A stretch of DNA of 64,000 nt, from assembly GCA_944393505.1 (NCBI GenBank), contig CALYAK010000001.1, forward strand, positions 58,775-122,774, in the 5' to 3' direction. Source of the DNA: an uncultured Clostridia bacterium (GTDB lineage Bacteria; Bacillota; Clostridia; TANB77; CAG-508). Every line of letters starts with the position of its first letter. The stretch's first letter is position 1. Positions 9,946 through 20,189 of the stretch are shown here, one piece after another. The notes beneath the pieces were generated by a model, which saw only the letters and a list, made by a program, of their open reading frames with translations, was not told where the DNA came from and made no database searches. The translations under genes and the position numbers were made by a program.

Positions 9946-10131
9946 TTATTTGTTTAAATCTCTTAATAATTCATCTACATTTATACCATGTACTTGGCAA
10001 GCTTCTTCTAATGTTTCTGCCTGTGATGCTGGGCATCCTAAACAATGCATTCCTGCTTTTAATAATATTTCTGCCTTTTCTGGAGCTTCTTTGATTAAAT
10101 CTCCTATTTTTGTGTTCTTATCTATTTTCAT
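9946..10131 (-). CDS. Small DUF1858-type redox-disulfide protein (CxxC)
   Basis: 61 aa with CLGCP motif. Strong SD aggagg upstream. Confidence 0.55.
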   Translation of the reverse strand: MKIDKNTKIGDLIKEAPEKAEILLKAGMHCLGCPASQAETLEEACQVHGINVDELLRDLNK

Positions 10132-10498
10132 AAGAAAACCTCCTTTTTTTCTTTTTCTTTAAAATTTTATCATATTTTTTCAAAAAAGTATAGACAAATT
10201 CATTTTTTTGTTGTAATATGGTAAAAACTGGAAGGAGTGATGTGACCGTTTTAGCTAATTTTTTCTTTATTGTATTTTTTTTCAACTTGTTCTACATATT
10301 TTATTTCGTTTACCTTTATTTTGATTTAGTGGTTTTCCATAACCTTCAAGGATCAAAACTTGATTTAAAAACAAAAACATCAAAAAGAAGGTGATTTTTT
10401 GAAACAACCTATTATATTTTTTCCCATACATTTTATCTACCATATTTGTACTAATATATCTTGTTCTATTTCTTCCAATTTATACATCTAATTACATT

Positions 10499-12082
10499 AT
10501 GATCGATTTTGGGATAACAACATTAAACATTGGTGAAGGTTCCCCAATCATCTGGAAAATTATTAAAATTTTTTCTTTTATTATTTCAGTTCTTTCGTCT
10601 TTAATTTTTTCCACTAAAATTGATTCTTACCTTCGCAAAAGGCATATTTCGGATGTTTCTCCCTATTCAAATTCTTCAGTTCCTTCAAAAGATTCTGTTC
10701 TCAATCTTTTCGTTGGAAAAAATATGCAGAATGAACCAATTTATTTATCAGAGAAAAGTTTATATCAAAATATATTGATAACCGGTACAATCGGAACCGG
10801 GAAAACCAGTAGTGCCATGTATCCATTCACGAAGCAACTTATTACTTTTCCTCAAAAAGTTAGTATGCTTATTTTAGATGTAAAGGGCAACTACTATAAA
10901 CAAGTCCAATCCTTTGTTGAAGATGCACATCGAGAAAATGACCTCATTATCTTGGAAGTGGGTGGAAAATATAAATACAACCCCCTTAATAAGCCTCATC
11001 TATCCGCTTCTGTCCTCGCAAACCGATTAAAAACAATTTTGCTACTTTTCTCTGAACAAACCTCAGAAATGTACTGGCTAGATAAAGCGGAACAAGTTTT
11101 AGCTGAGTGCATAAAGCTTTGCAGAATTTATAACGATGGTTATGTTAGTTTTGAAGAAATTCATAAATTAGTAACTCTCCCACACTATTATTTGGATAAA
11201 TTCCCCGTTTTCCGAGATCTTTTAAAACAAAATAAACTTTCTCGCGAAGAGGCCTATAATCTATTGTCTGCAATTCAATTTTTCCAAAATGAATTTTCCC
11301 TTCTTGATGAACGTACAGTTTCTATTCTAAAGTCCGAAATCACTCGAATAACCAATACTTTTTTATCGGATTATTCAGTCCTACAAACGTTTAGCCCTAA
11401 AAAGGAAGAAGAAAATTTAAATAATATGCTAGATATTATAAACTCTGGAAAAATATTAGTCCTCAACATGAATCTTGCAGAATATCGAAATCTATCCAAA
11501 ATAATTGCTGCTTACTTAAAAATGGATTTTCAAACGGATGTCATGCTACGACTTACGTCCCCAACCCCAATTAAACCAGTCGTCTTTATATCCGATGAAT
11601 ATCATGAATATGCCACCGTTTCAGATGCCTCGTTTTTTGCTCAAAGCAGGGAGGCAAAATGTATTAATATTGTTGCAACACAAAGCTATACTTCTTTAAT
11701 TCATTCCTTAAAAAATGATGCTGCTGCAAAAGTAATTCTTCAAAGCTTAACTAATAAATTTTGGTACCGAAATGATGATATGACAACAATCGAATCTGCA
11801 CAAAAACAAATTGGACAAGAAGAAAAAGAAAAAATATCGAAATCTTTCTCTGAAAACGCGAACCAAACTTCTTTCAGTTATTTTTCTAACAGTCTTATTT
11901 CAAAAAACTCATCTATCTCTGAAAGTTTAAATCATTATACACAAAAGGACTTTATTTTCGACAGTAATTTTTTTACTCAAAAGTTAGAAAATTTTTCATG
12001 TATTGCATTTTTGTCAGATGGAGAAAAAATATTACCACCATCTAAACTAAAAATGCTACCATACTTTTCGAAAGGACTCTAA
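10499..12082 (+). CDS. Type IV secretion coupling protein-like ATPase (VirD4/TraG/TraD family), N-terminal TM anchor
   Basis: N-terminal TM helices. Walker A ITGTIGTGKTSS. Walker B-like ISDEYHEY. C-terminal ...AQSREAKCINIVATQSYTSL... resembling the T4CP arginine-finger/Q region. Confidence 0.6.
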   Translation: MIDFGITTLNIGEGSPIIWKIIKIFSFIISVLSSLIFSTKIDSYLRKRHISDVSPYSNSSVPSKDSVLNLFVGKNMQNEPIYLSEKSLYQNILITGTIGTGKTSSAMYPFTKQLITFPQKVSMLILDVKGNYYKQVQSFVEDAHRENDLIILEVGGKYKYNPLNKPHLSASVLANRLKTILLLFSEQTSEMYWLDKAEQVLAECIKLCRIYNDGYVSFEEIHKLVTLPHYYLDKFPVFRDLLKQNKLSREEAYNLLSAIQFFQNEFSLLDERTVSILKSEITRITNTFLSDYSVLQTFSPKKEEENLNNMLDIINSGKILVLNMNLAEYRNLSKIIAAYLKMDFQTDVMLRLTSPTPIKPVVFISDEYHEYATVSDASFFAQSREAKCINIVATQSYTSLIHSLKNDAAAKVILQSLTNKFWYRNDDMTTIESAQKQIGQEEKEKISKSFSENANQTSFSYFSNSLISKNSSISESLNHYTQKDFIFDSNFFTQKLENFSCIAFLSDGEKILPPSKLKMLPYFSKGL

Positions 12083-12083
12083 A

Positions 12084-12428
12084 ATGTTAAAGAAATCTAA
12101 GCACTTTATTTCGAAATATTTCTTTTTAATCATATTTTTTTGTATTTATTTTTTATTTTTATTTTGTGTAACTAGTTTTGCTGCTGATCCAAAGTTAGTT
12201 ACGAAACTAACAAAAGCTTTTGAAAAAATAGAAGATTGGATTATAACATTATCCACTCCTGCAGCAGCAGTTGCTGTTGGTACTGGTGTTTTTATGAAAA
12301 AATTTAGTTTTGGTGATGAAACACGTATTGCAACAGGGAAAAAAATCATTCGAGGTTCTCTTTTTTCCTATGCTTTTATTTTAGCAATTGATTTAATTCT
12401 TTCTGCAATTAAAAGTTTAGTTTCTTAA
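12084..12428 (+). CDS. TrbC/VirB2-like pilin (long signal peptide plus two hydrophobic helices)
   Basis: 114 aa. Signal peptide ending SFA/ADP. Mature region of about 75 aa with two TM helices (STPAAAVAVGTGVFM; LFSYAFILAIDLILSAI). Starts 2 nt after the T4CP stop. Confidence 0.5.
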   Translation: MLKKSKHFISKYFFLIIFFCIYFLFLFCVTSFAADPKLVTKLTKAFEKIEDWIITLSTPAAAVAVGTGVFMKKFSFGDETRIATGKKIIRGSLFSYAFILAIDLILSAIKSLVS

Positions 12429-12434
12429 AAATCT

Positions 12435-13322
12435 ATGGAACAGAACGTCGAATCCATCACACAAACAATTATTGACACAATTAATACTATTTTTTCATCG
12501 ATTTTTTCGTCCATTGATAACTCGATGTATGATACTCTAAATGATTTAGCATTTCTTTCATCTGACATATTAGAAAATTCTTTTTTTCAAAATTTCTTTA
12601 ATTCTTCAAATCATTCTAATATTTTGTTAATTGCAAATTCTTTATTAATTGGATTTTCTCTTTATTACTGCATTCGTTTGCTTTTTTCTTATTTAATTGG
12701 AAATCCTATTGAACACCCCTATTCTTTTTTGTTAAAACTTTTATTGTTTGGAATTTGCATGAATCAGTCACTATTTTTTTGTAAGGAATGTCTTCATTTA
12801 AATTATCTGCTTTCTTCATCCATTCTTGAGTTGGGAGAAAATTTATTAGGAACCTCAATTAATTTTAATCAATTAATTAATCGTTTAAATTCTATTATTT
12901 CCATCGATTCTGATTCCTTAAATGTCTTCTCCTTTGACGGAATTATTCGAAGTTTTATTTCTGTTAGTTTTTTTAATTTAATTTTAAGTTATTCTTTGCG
13001 TTATATTATGGTTCAACTTTTTATACTTATTTGCCCTTTTGCTTTTTTAACATTATTAAATAAAAGTACTTCTAGTTTTTTTTATGCCTGGTTAAGAATT
13101 TTCCTATCACTTTTATTATTACAAGACTTCATTGCTTTTATTTTAGTTCTGTTATTTTCGATTCAAGTTTCGAACCAGGATATTTTGTCAAAACTATATT
13201 GCATTGGTTGTCTTTATGCTTTAATTCGATCCAATCATTATATACAATCTCTTATTGGTGGAATTAATACAAATATTTCTGTTCATGTACAAAACTTTAA
13301 AAATTCATTAAAATCGAATTAG
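12435..13322 (+). CDS. Polytopic membrane protein, VirB6/TrbL-like candidate
   Basis: 295 aa with about 6 predicted TM helices. Position after the pilin gene is typical for VirB6. No sequence-level certainty. Confidence 0.4.
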   Translation: MEQNVESITQTIIDTINTIFSSIFSSIDNSMYDTLNDLAFLSSDILENSFFQNFFNSSNHSNILLIANSLLIGFSLYYCIRLLFSYLIGNPIEHPYSFLLKLLLFGICMNQSLFFCKECLHLNYLLSSSILELGENLLGTSINFNQLINRLNSIISIDSDSLNVFSFDGIIRSFISVSFFNLILSYSLRYIMVQLFILICPFAFLTLLNKSTSSFFYAWLRIFLSLLLLQDFIAFILVLLFSIQVSNQDILSKLYCIGCLYALIRSNHYIQSLIGGINTNISVHVQNFKNSLKSN

Positions 13323-13334
13323 AAAGGAATTTTT

Positions 13335-13660
13335 ATGAAATTTATTTTTCCTCAAAATTATCAATTCCATGGAAAAATATTTGGTTTTCTAGATTACGCA
13401 TCTGCCATACTTTGTCGGTATAATAGGAATTATTTTTTATTTTTTTATCCAATTTTTTAATTTTACATTTTCTTTTAAATTTGCAATTTTCATTATTTTA
13501 TTTCTTCCTATTTTACTATTTTCAATTGTTGGTTTTAATAATGAAAGTTTGGCATATGTGGTATCCTATATTTTTCGTTTTTTTGTTTCTACTAAAATAT
13601 ATTGTTTTAAAAAGTCGAATGATTAATTTGTTTCTGTTTTCTTGTAAAAGGAAGAATTAA
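13335..13660 (+). pseudogene. Frameshifted small two-TM membrane protein, PrgI/TcpE (VirB3-like) candidate
   Basis: ATG at 13335 gives MKFIFPQNYQFHGKIFGFLDYASAILCRYNRN, then stops at 13458. The +2 frame continues with two hydrophobic helices to TAA at 13658. The frame switch falls in the T6/T7 runs at 13433-13446. Confidence 0.35.
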
Positions 13661-13709
13661 ATGGTATAATTTTTCATAGCATATTCTTTATTTTGAAAGG
13701 AGATCTCCT

Positions 13710-14684
13710 ATGAGACTAGAACAAAATGATCGATCATTTTTATTTTCTACAACAGAATTACCTGATATATTTTTTACGGAATATTTGTCTCAGTCATCAG
13801 GAGATCAAATCAAGATTTATTTATATATCCTTTTTCTTTCGAAATATGGAAAAGATATTCGTTTGAATGATTTATCCAAAAAATTGAATTTACCTTTAAA
13901 GGTAATTCAAGATTCTATCAAATATTGGGAAGATCTTGGCTTAATTACGAAAAAAAATACTGGATATATTGTCAATAGTTTGCAAGAAATTGAATTACAC
14001 AAATTATATCATCCTAAAACAGCTCTATCTTCTGAGGATCTTTTGAAAAACACAAAAAATAAATACCGTGCAAATGCAATTGAAAATATTAACAATGTCT
14101 TTTTTCAAGGGGTTATGTCTCCCTCTTGGTATAGCGATATTGATCTATGGTTTCGTAAATACAATTTCGATGAAGAGGTTATGATTGCTCTATTCCAATA
14201 TTGCTTTGATCGTTCTGCTCTGCATCATAACTATATTGAAACCGTTGCAAGTGCATGGGCAAAAAATCATATCAAAACTTTTGCTGATCTAGATAAATAC
14301 TATGAAAAACAGGAAAAAATAAGTAGTATTGCAAAAACAATTAGTAAGAAATTAGGATTTTCTCGTCAACTTTCACAGTATGAGCAAGCTTATATCGAAA
14401 AATGGCTTGTTGATTATGGCTATTCACTTGATATTATTGAAATCGCTTTAAAGAAAACAACTTCTAAAGCAAATCCTAATTTCGATTATATCGATCGCCT
14501 ATTATCGGATTGGCATGAACATAATTTAAAAACATCTGAAGAGGTTCAAAAATATTTAGCCGATATGAAACAAAAAACAAAAGATGTCGAAAACTTAAAA
14601 AAGAATGCAAATTCTTCTAATTTTAATAACTATTCGCAACGTCCATATGATAATTTAGACAATTTGTATGCAAATAAAAAATAG
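13710..14684 (+). CDS. DnaD-domain replication initiation/membrane attachment protein (B. subtilis DnaB/DnaD-like primosome component)
   Basis: 324 aa. Winged-helix N-terminus and DnaD-like repeats (YIEKWLVDYGYSLDIIEIALKK). Followed by dnaI as in the Firmicute dnaB-dnaI arrangement. Confidence 0.7.
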   Translation: MRLEQNDRSFLFSTTELPDIFFTEYLSQSSGDQIKIYLYILFLSKYGKDIRLNDLSKKLNLPLKVIQDSIKYWEDLGLITKKNTGYIVNSLQEIELHKLYHPKTALSSEDLLKNTKNKYRANAIENINNVFFQGVMSPSWYSDIDLWFRKYNFDEEVMIALFQYCFDRSALHHNYIETVASAWAKNHIKTFADLDKYYEKQEKISSIAKTISKKLGFSRQLSQYEQAYIEKWLVDYGYSLDIIEIALKKTTSKANPNFDYIDRLLSDWHEHNLKTSEEVQKYLADMKQKTKDVENLKKNANSSNFNNYSQRPYDNLDNLYANKK

Positions 14685-14700
14685 GTTAAGGTGAGTAATT

Positions 14701-15708
14701 TTGGCAAATACGAATTTAAAACAATTATTAACTGAATATGAAAAAAAAAGATATGAAGCTCTTCGTTCTGCTGAAGAGAGGAAAGAGTCTCTTTATTTCC
14801 GAATTCCAAGATTAAAGGAAATTGATTCAGAAATTAGTTTATTAACAATTCGAACCGCAAAGGATTTGTTAAAACAAAAAAATGATATTTTATTAAAAAA
14901 GTTAAATCATGAGCTTACTGTTTTAAGACAGGAAAAAGAAAAAATTTTAAAAGAAAATCATATTGAGAAAAAAGAACTTGAACCTCAGTTTGAGTGTAAC
15001 CTATGTCAAGACACTGGTTATATAACCGATTCTAATTTTAACTCAATTATGTGTAATTGTTTAAAACAACGCCTTTTTGATTTAGAATATAATAAAAGTA
15101 ATGTTTACAATCTTTCTCAACAAACTTTTCAAAATTTTAACTTTCATTATTATTCTCAAGAGATTAATTCAGAAAAATATCACTCAGATTTATCCCCTCA
15201 AGAGAATATTAAGTTAATTTACGATATTTGTATGAATTTTTTAGAAAATTTTGATGATCCTAACGAAAAAAATTTACTTTTTACTGGAAATACTGGCCTA
15301 GGAAAAACCTTTCTTTCTAGTTGTATTGCAAATGAATTATTAAAAAAGGGAAAAACGGTTCTTTATCAAACTGCCCCTGTTATGTTAGATGAAATTATTA
15401 ATTATCGTTTTTCAAAAGGAACTAGTTCTACCAACGATTTATATGATCATTTATTAAATGTCGATTTATTAATTATTGATGATCTAGGAACTGAATGCAT
15501 GAATCAAATGAAATTTACCGAACTTTTTAATGTTATTAATACGCGATTATTAAATCAAAATCAAAAATCAATTAAAACAATTATCTCAACCAACTTGAGC
15601 CTTCAAAATTTATATTCAAATTATGACGAAAGAATCGTTTCAAGAATCGTTGGTTATTATAATATTTGTTATTTTTTCGGAGAAGATATTCGATTTAAGA
15701 TTCGTTAA
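14701..15708 (+). CDS. dnaI: Helicase loader DnaI/DnaC-like AAA+ ATPase with N-terminal zinc-binding domain
   Basis: 335 aa. N-terminal CNLCQDTGYI...CNC. Walker A TGNTGLGKTFL. Walker B LLIIDDLG. Confidence 0.75.
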   Translation: MANTNLKQLLTEYEKKRYEALRSAEERKESLYFRIPRLKEIDSEISLLTIRTAKDLLKQKNDILLKKLNHELTVLRQEKEKILKENHIEKKELEPQFECNLCQDTGYITDSNFNSIMCNCLKQRLFDLEYNKSNVYNLSQQTFQNFNFHYYSQEINSEKYHSDLSPQENIKLIYDICMNFLENFDDPNEKNLLFTGNTGLGKTFLSSCIANELLKKGKTVLYQTAPVMLDEIINYRFSKGTSSTNDLYDHLLNVDLLIIDDLGTECMNQMKFTELFNVINTRLLNQNQKSIKTIISTNLSLQNLYSNYDERIVSRIVGYYNICYFFGEDIRFKIR

Positions 15709-15754
15709 TAAAAAAATATAAAATAAAAAAGAATTCATATACTTCTAACAAAAA

Positions 15755-15790
15755 AGAAGATATTTCATTTTTGAAATATCTTCTTTTTTT
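15755..15790. terminator. Bidirectional rho-independent terminator between convergent dnaI and gyrA
   Basis: Hairpin gaagatatttca-tttt-tgaaatatcttc flanked by A/T runs on both sides. Confidence 0.5.
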
Positions 15791-15791
15791 C

Positions 15792-18236
15792 TTATTCTTC
15801 TTCAATTGTTTCTTCTCTTGGAATTGTTTCAATGCTTACGACTTTTCCACCATCATTCGTTCTCATTAATGTCACTCCTTGTGTTGCCCTTCCTAAGATA
15901 CTTATTTCTTCTACTTTTAATCTTATAATTGTTCCTGTATCTGTAATCATCATTACATCATCATCTGAGTTTGCAATTCGAATTCCTACTATATTTCCTG
16001 TTTTTGGTGTTACTTTATATGTTATTACGCCCTTTCCACCTCTGTTTTGTACACGATATTCTTCTAAATCCGTTCTTTTTCCAAAGCCATTTTCTGTAAT
16101 CGCTAATAAAGTAGATTTGCTTCCTCCGACAATGGATTCCATTCCAATTACATCATCATTGTCATCTAATCTTATTCCAATTACGCCCTGTGCAGATCGT
16201 CCTACTGGTCTTACATCTTTTTCATTAAAAGTAATGCTTAAACCTCTCTTAGTAACTAACACCACATTGTCTTCTCCATCTGTTAATCTTACATCGATCA
16301 GTTCATCATCTTCTTTTAAAGTAATTGCTAATAACCCTGTTTTTCTCGCTGAATGATATTCCCCAAGGGCAGTCTTTTTAATTAATCCACTCTTTGTTGC
16401 CATTAATAGGTATTTTCCTTCTGCGAAATTTGAAATTGGAATAACAGCAGATATTTTCTCTCCGTTGTCCAATCTTAGTAAATTAACAATTGCGGTTCCT
16501 TTCGCAGTTCTTCCTGCTTCTGGAATTTCATAACCTCTTAGGCGATATAGCTTGCCCTTATTACTAAAGAATAGAATCGTATCATGTGTTGAGGCTGTAA
16601 ATATCTGTTTTACAAAGTCATCTTCTCTTGTAGAAATTCCAGTTATTCCTTTTCCGCCTCTTCTTTGACTCTTATAAGTATCAATTGGCATTCTCTTAAT
16701 ATATCCAAAATGTGTTAGAGCTACAACTGTTTGTTCTTCCTTTATTAAGTCTTCAACATCAATTTCTCCTTCAGCAGCAACAATCTTTGTTTTTCTTTCA
16801 TCTCCATACTTATCTTTGATTTCTAATAGCTCTTCTTTTATAATTTCAAAAACAAGTCTCTCACTATTTAAGATATCTCTTAAGTGAGCGATCAATTTCA
16901 TCAATTCTTCATATTCTTCTTCGATCTTTTCTCTTTGTAAGCCAGATAAAGTCTTTAATCTCATATCTAGGATAGCTTGAGCTTGAATATCCGATAATCC
17001 AAATCGTTCCATTAAACGCTCTTTTGCATCATCATAAGAAGAACGAATAATATTAATTACTTCATCAATGTTGTCTAGTGCTATTTTTAATCCTTCTAAT
17101 ATATGCGCTCTTGCCAATGCTTTATCTAAATCAAACTGTGTTCTTCTTAAGATAACTGTTTTTCGATGATCAATATAATAATCTAGACATTGTCTTAATG
17201 TTAATATTTTTGGTTCTCCATTTACTAAAGCTAACATGATGACACCAAAAGTATCTTGCATTTGTGTATTCTTATATAATTGATTTAAAACAACTTGTGC
17301 ATTCGCATCTCTTTTTAATTCGATTACAACACGTACTTTATGTTCACGATCTGATTCGTCTCTTAAGTCTGAGATTCCCTCAATTCTTTTTTCCTTCGCT
17401 AAACTTGCAATATTTTCAATTAATTTTGCTTTGTTTACTTGATATGGTAATGATCTTACAACAATACGTTGTTTTCCACCGCTCATTTCTTCAATCTCTG
17501 CTTCTGCTCTTACCGTTATTTTTCCTTTTCCCGTTGTATAAGCTTGTTTAATGCCTTCTCTTCCTAAAATAATTCCTTCTGTTGGAAAGTCTGGGCCTTT
17601 TACAATTTGCATTAAATCTTCGTCAGAAACTTGATCTTCATCAATAATTTTAACAATTGCATTAATAACTTCTGTTAAATTATGAGGCGGAATATTGGTT
17701 GCCATACCAACAGCAATTCCAGATGACCCATTAATTAATAAAGTTGGTATCTTAGCTGGTAATACAGTTGGCTCTTGTAAACGATCATCATAGTTTGGCA
17801 TAAAATCAACTGTGTTCTTTTCAATGTCTGTTAACATTTGCTCTGCAATCTTTGCCATTCTTGCTTCTGTATACCTCATTGCAGCAGCACCATCACCATC
17901 AATTGATCCGAAATTCCCATGACCATCAATTAATGGATATCTCATTGAAAAGTCTTGAGCCATTCTTACCATTGCATCATATACTGAAGAATCTCCATGT
18001 GGATGATATCTTCCTAAAACAGAACCTACTGTATTCGCACATTTCCTATATGGCTTATCTGAAGTAATCCCATCTTCATACATTGCATATAGAATTCTTC
18101 TATGTACTGGTTTTAAGCCATCTCTAACGTCCGGTAATGCACGAGAAACAATTACACTCATTGCATAATCAATGTAAGAGGTTTTCATCTCTTTTTCAAT
18201 ATCTCTTTCGATAATTTTTCCGTCTTGTTGTTCCAT
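15792..18236 (-). CDS. gyrA: DNA gyrase subunit A
   Basis: 814 aa. Active-site region AAAMRYTE. GyrA-box QRRGGKG in the C-terminal domain. Confidence 0.95.
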   Translation of the reverse strand: MEQQDGKIIERDIEKEMKTSYIDYAMSVIVSRALPDVRDGLKPVHRRILYAMYEDGITSDKPYRKCANTVGSVLGRYHPHGDSSVYDAMVRMAQDFSMRYPLIDGHGNFGSIDGDGAAAMRYTEARMAKIAEQMLTDIEKNTVDFMPNYDDRLQEPTVLPAKIPTLLINGSSGIAVGMATNIPPHNLTEVINAIVKIIDEDQVSDEDLMQIVKGPDFPTEGIILGREGIKQAYTTGKGKITVRAEAEIEEMSGGKQRIVVRSLPYQVNKAKLIENIASLAKEKRIEGISDLRDESDREHKVRVVIELKRDANAQVVLNQLYKNTQMQDTFGVIMLALVNGEPKILTLRQCLDYYIDHRKTVILRRTQFDLDKALARAHILEGLKIALDNIDEVINIIRSSYDDAKERLMERFGLSDIQAQAILDMRLKTLSGLQREKIEEEYEELMKLIAHLRDILNSERLVFEIIKEELLEIKDKYGDERKTKIVAAEGEIDVEDLIKEEQTVVALTHFGYIKRMPIDTYKSQRRGGKGITGISTREDDFVKQIFTASTHDTILFFSNKGKLYRLRGYEIPEAGRTAKGTAIVNLLRLDNGEKISAVIPISNFAEGKYLLMATKSGLIKKTALGEYHSARKTGLLAITLKEDDELIDVRLTDGEDNVVLVTKRGLSITFNEKDVRPVGRSAQGVIGIRLDDNDDVIGMESIVGGSKSTLLAITENGFGKRTDLEEYRVQNRGGKGVITYKVTPKTGNIVGIRIANSDDDVMMITDTGTIIRLKVEEISILGRATQGVTLMRTNDGGKVVSIETIPREETIEEE

Positions 18237-18280
18237 ATTTTTTCCTCTTTTCTATTGTTTTTCCTTCGTTTATTATACTA

Positions 18281-18318
18281 AAAAGCTCCTAATAAAGCAA
18301 GAAAAAAACCTGTTTTTT
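18281..18318. terminator. Palindromic terminator-like hairpin upstream of gyrA, overlapping a TTGCTT-17-TATAAT gyrA promoter
   Basis: aaagcaagaaaaaa-cctg-ttttttcttgcttt. On the minus strand it is followed by TATAAT about 40 nt before the gyrA ATG. Confidence 0.4.
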
Positions 18319-18334
18319 CTTGCTTTATTCTTTG

Positions 18335-19069
18335 TTATATCAAGATTTCCGCAAGCTTTTTTTGTTCCTCTGTTAAATCAAAATTTTGATTATTATTTTT
18401 GATTAATTCATGTAAATTTTCAATTTTTCTTGCTTCTAAAATTGTCTTTTCTAATGGAACCAGTTCCTTCATTTTTTCTCGTATTTTCTCATACTCTCTT
18501 TGCATTCCGTTAAAATCTTGTTCTTGATAATAATCTTTCCATTGATTCATGTATTTGCCTAATTTTTCTACATTTTGAGCTTGCTTTCCAAATTCTTCGG
18601 TAATTCCTTTTTCAATTTGATTAATCACTGTATTTTTTCCTTTTTTAATTACTTGATAAAGCCCGTTATTTAGAATTCCCTCTGTTTTTGCCTTATTTAA
18701 AGCAAGATCAAAAAGATTTGATACATTGTCTAAGATCCCTCCACTTTTTATTGCATTTTGTGCTTGAGAAAGATCTTCAAATTTTCCGGTTGCGATTCCT
18801 AAAACACTCTTTCCTAAATTTATTGCTCCATCAATTGCTGTTTGTACACCATCTTCAAAACCATTTTTTAAAATAGCATTTTTCACATCAATCACTTCAT
18901 CTTCGATTAAATCTGGTACAATGGCAGAAATGCCGATATCTACCGCTTTATTAACTACCTTGCCAAGTGTTGTTTCGAAAAAAGATTCTTGTTTTTTTTC
19001 AATATTTATACCAATCTCTTGATCTTCTATTCTATTTTTTTCTAATTCGATTTGATTGATTAAATCCAT
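18335..19069 (-). CDS. Hypothetical alpha-helical protein, no TM, no recognisable family; first gene of the minus-strand T4SS-like block
   Basis: 244-aa ORF. Tight spacing (19 nt) to the upstream CpaE-like gene. Confidence 0.4.
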   Translation of the reverse strand: MDLINQIELEKNRIEDQEIGINIEKKQESFFETTLGKVVNKAVDIGISAIVPDLIEDEVIDVKNAILKNGFEDGVQTAIDGAINLGKSVLGIATGKFEDLSQAQNAIKSGGILDNVSNLFDLALNKAKTEGILNNGLYQVIKKGKNTVINQIEKGITEEFGKQAQNVEKLGKYMNQWKDYYQEQDFNGMQREYEKIREKMKELVPLEKTILEARKIENLHELIKNNNQNFDLTEEQKKLAEILI

Positions 19070-19088
19070 AAATATCTCCTTTTCTCTT

Positions 19089-20189
19089 TTATTGATATTT
19101 CAATTTTTCTGTCCAATTTCCCTCACTCATTCTTTCAGGAAATTTAATTCTTTTGATGATCTTTTGATATTCTTTCCATTCTTGAAAACCACCAAAATGT
19201 TTTCGATATCGAAAATTCATATTTTGAGCATAATTTTTTGTATCTCTTAGGATTCCTAGAATAGAAAAATCTCGAAAATTTTTAATTAAATTAATTCTTG
19301 TTAAACTATATTTTGAGAAGCGATTAAATAATATTTTCGTTTTTTTCCAATCAATTAATCCTTCATTTTTGATAAAAAAATCAATTCCCTTTAAATTCCC
19401 GGAAAAAGAAGATTCTACAACAAAAATCGTTAAATCGGAAACTCTTGATAATTCAGAATTAATTTTTAAAGGATCTTCTGTATTTGTATCAATTAATATA
19501 AAATCATATTTTTGTTTGAGACTTTCAATTTTTACTTCAAAATTTTGAATGATTTCTTCCCCATCACAGATATAAATTCTTTTATTAATCTTTCTTTCAA
19601 ATTCTTCTTTTTGCTCCTTCTGAGTAATCTTTAATAAAACCTTTCTTTCATAATCCATATCAATCATTAGTATTTTTTGAAAAGTTAGCATTTGTGCCAT
19701 CATAAAGCAAATACTCGTCTTTCCAGCACTATGGTCCCCCACAAATGCAATTACACTTGCATATCTTCTCTTTTCTTTTTTTATTTGTTTTATTTCTTCC
19801 TTTAAGCTCTCGATTTCTTTCTTTAATTCCTTATCTCCTTCTGCTTTTTTTTCTAATAACTCTTTTTTTATTATTTTTTCGTAATAAATTGCCTCTTCTA
19901 TTTTTTGATGCATTAATAATTTATTTTTTATTTGATTTTCTTTTGAATAAATTAAAATTATTTTTAAATCTTTTTTTCGTTTTTTTATTTTTTCGATTAT
20001 TTCTTCTAGTGAAAAAGGACCTTCTAAAAAATCACTCATTATTAAGTATTCAATTTCGATATTTTGATCAAAAAGCTCAAAAATTCCTTCTTGATATTGA
20101 ATATCTTTTCCTAAAATTTCACATTCTAATTTCTCTTTTAAACAATTATAAATTTGTTCATTTCCAATCGCTGTTACTATCTTCTTCAA
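19089..20189 (-). CDS. ParA/MinD-superfamily ATPase with N-terminal receiver-like domain and coiled-coil linker (CpaE/TadZ-like architecture)
   Basis: 366 aa. N-terminal about 100 aa REC-like (IEYLIMSD). K/E-rich coiled coil. Deviant Walker A AFVGDHSAGKTS and downstream ILIDTN Walker B-like. Overlaps the VirB4-like stop by 32 nt. Confidence 0.5.
   Translation of the reverse strand: MKKIVTAIGNEQIYNCLKEKLECEILGKDIQYQEGIFELFDQNIEIEYLIMSDFLEGPFSLEEIIEKIKKRKKDLKIILIYSKENQIKNKLLMHQKIEEAIYYEKIIKKELLEKKAEGDKELKKEIESLKEEIKQIKKEKRRYASVIAFVGDHSAGKTSICFMMAQMLTFQKILMIDMDYERKVLLKITQKEQKEEFERKINKRIYICDGEEIIQNFEVKIESLKQKYDFILIDTNTEDPLKINSELSRVSDLTIFVVESSFSGNLKGIDFFIKNEGLIDWKKTKILFNRFSKYSLTRINLIKNFRDFSILGILRDTKNYAQNMNFRYRKHFGGFQEWKEYQKIIKRIKFPERMSEGNWTEKLKYQ

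Noticed and set aside
15832-18067. Plus-strand ORFs of 71-174 aa inside gyrA
   Set aside because: Antisense to gyrA. Ser/Leu/Pro-rich translations typical of reverse-frame artefacts.
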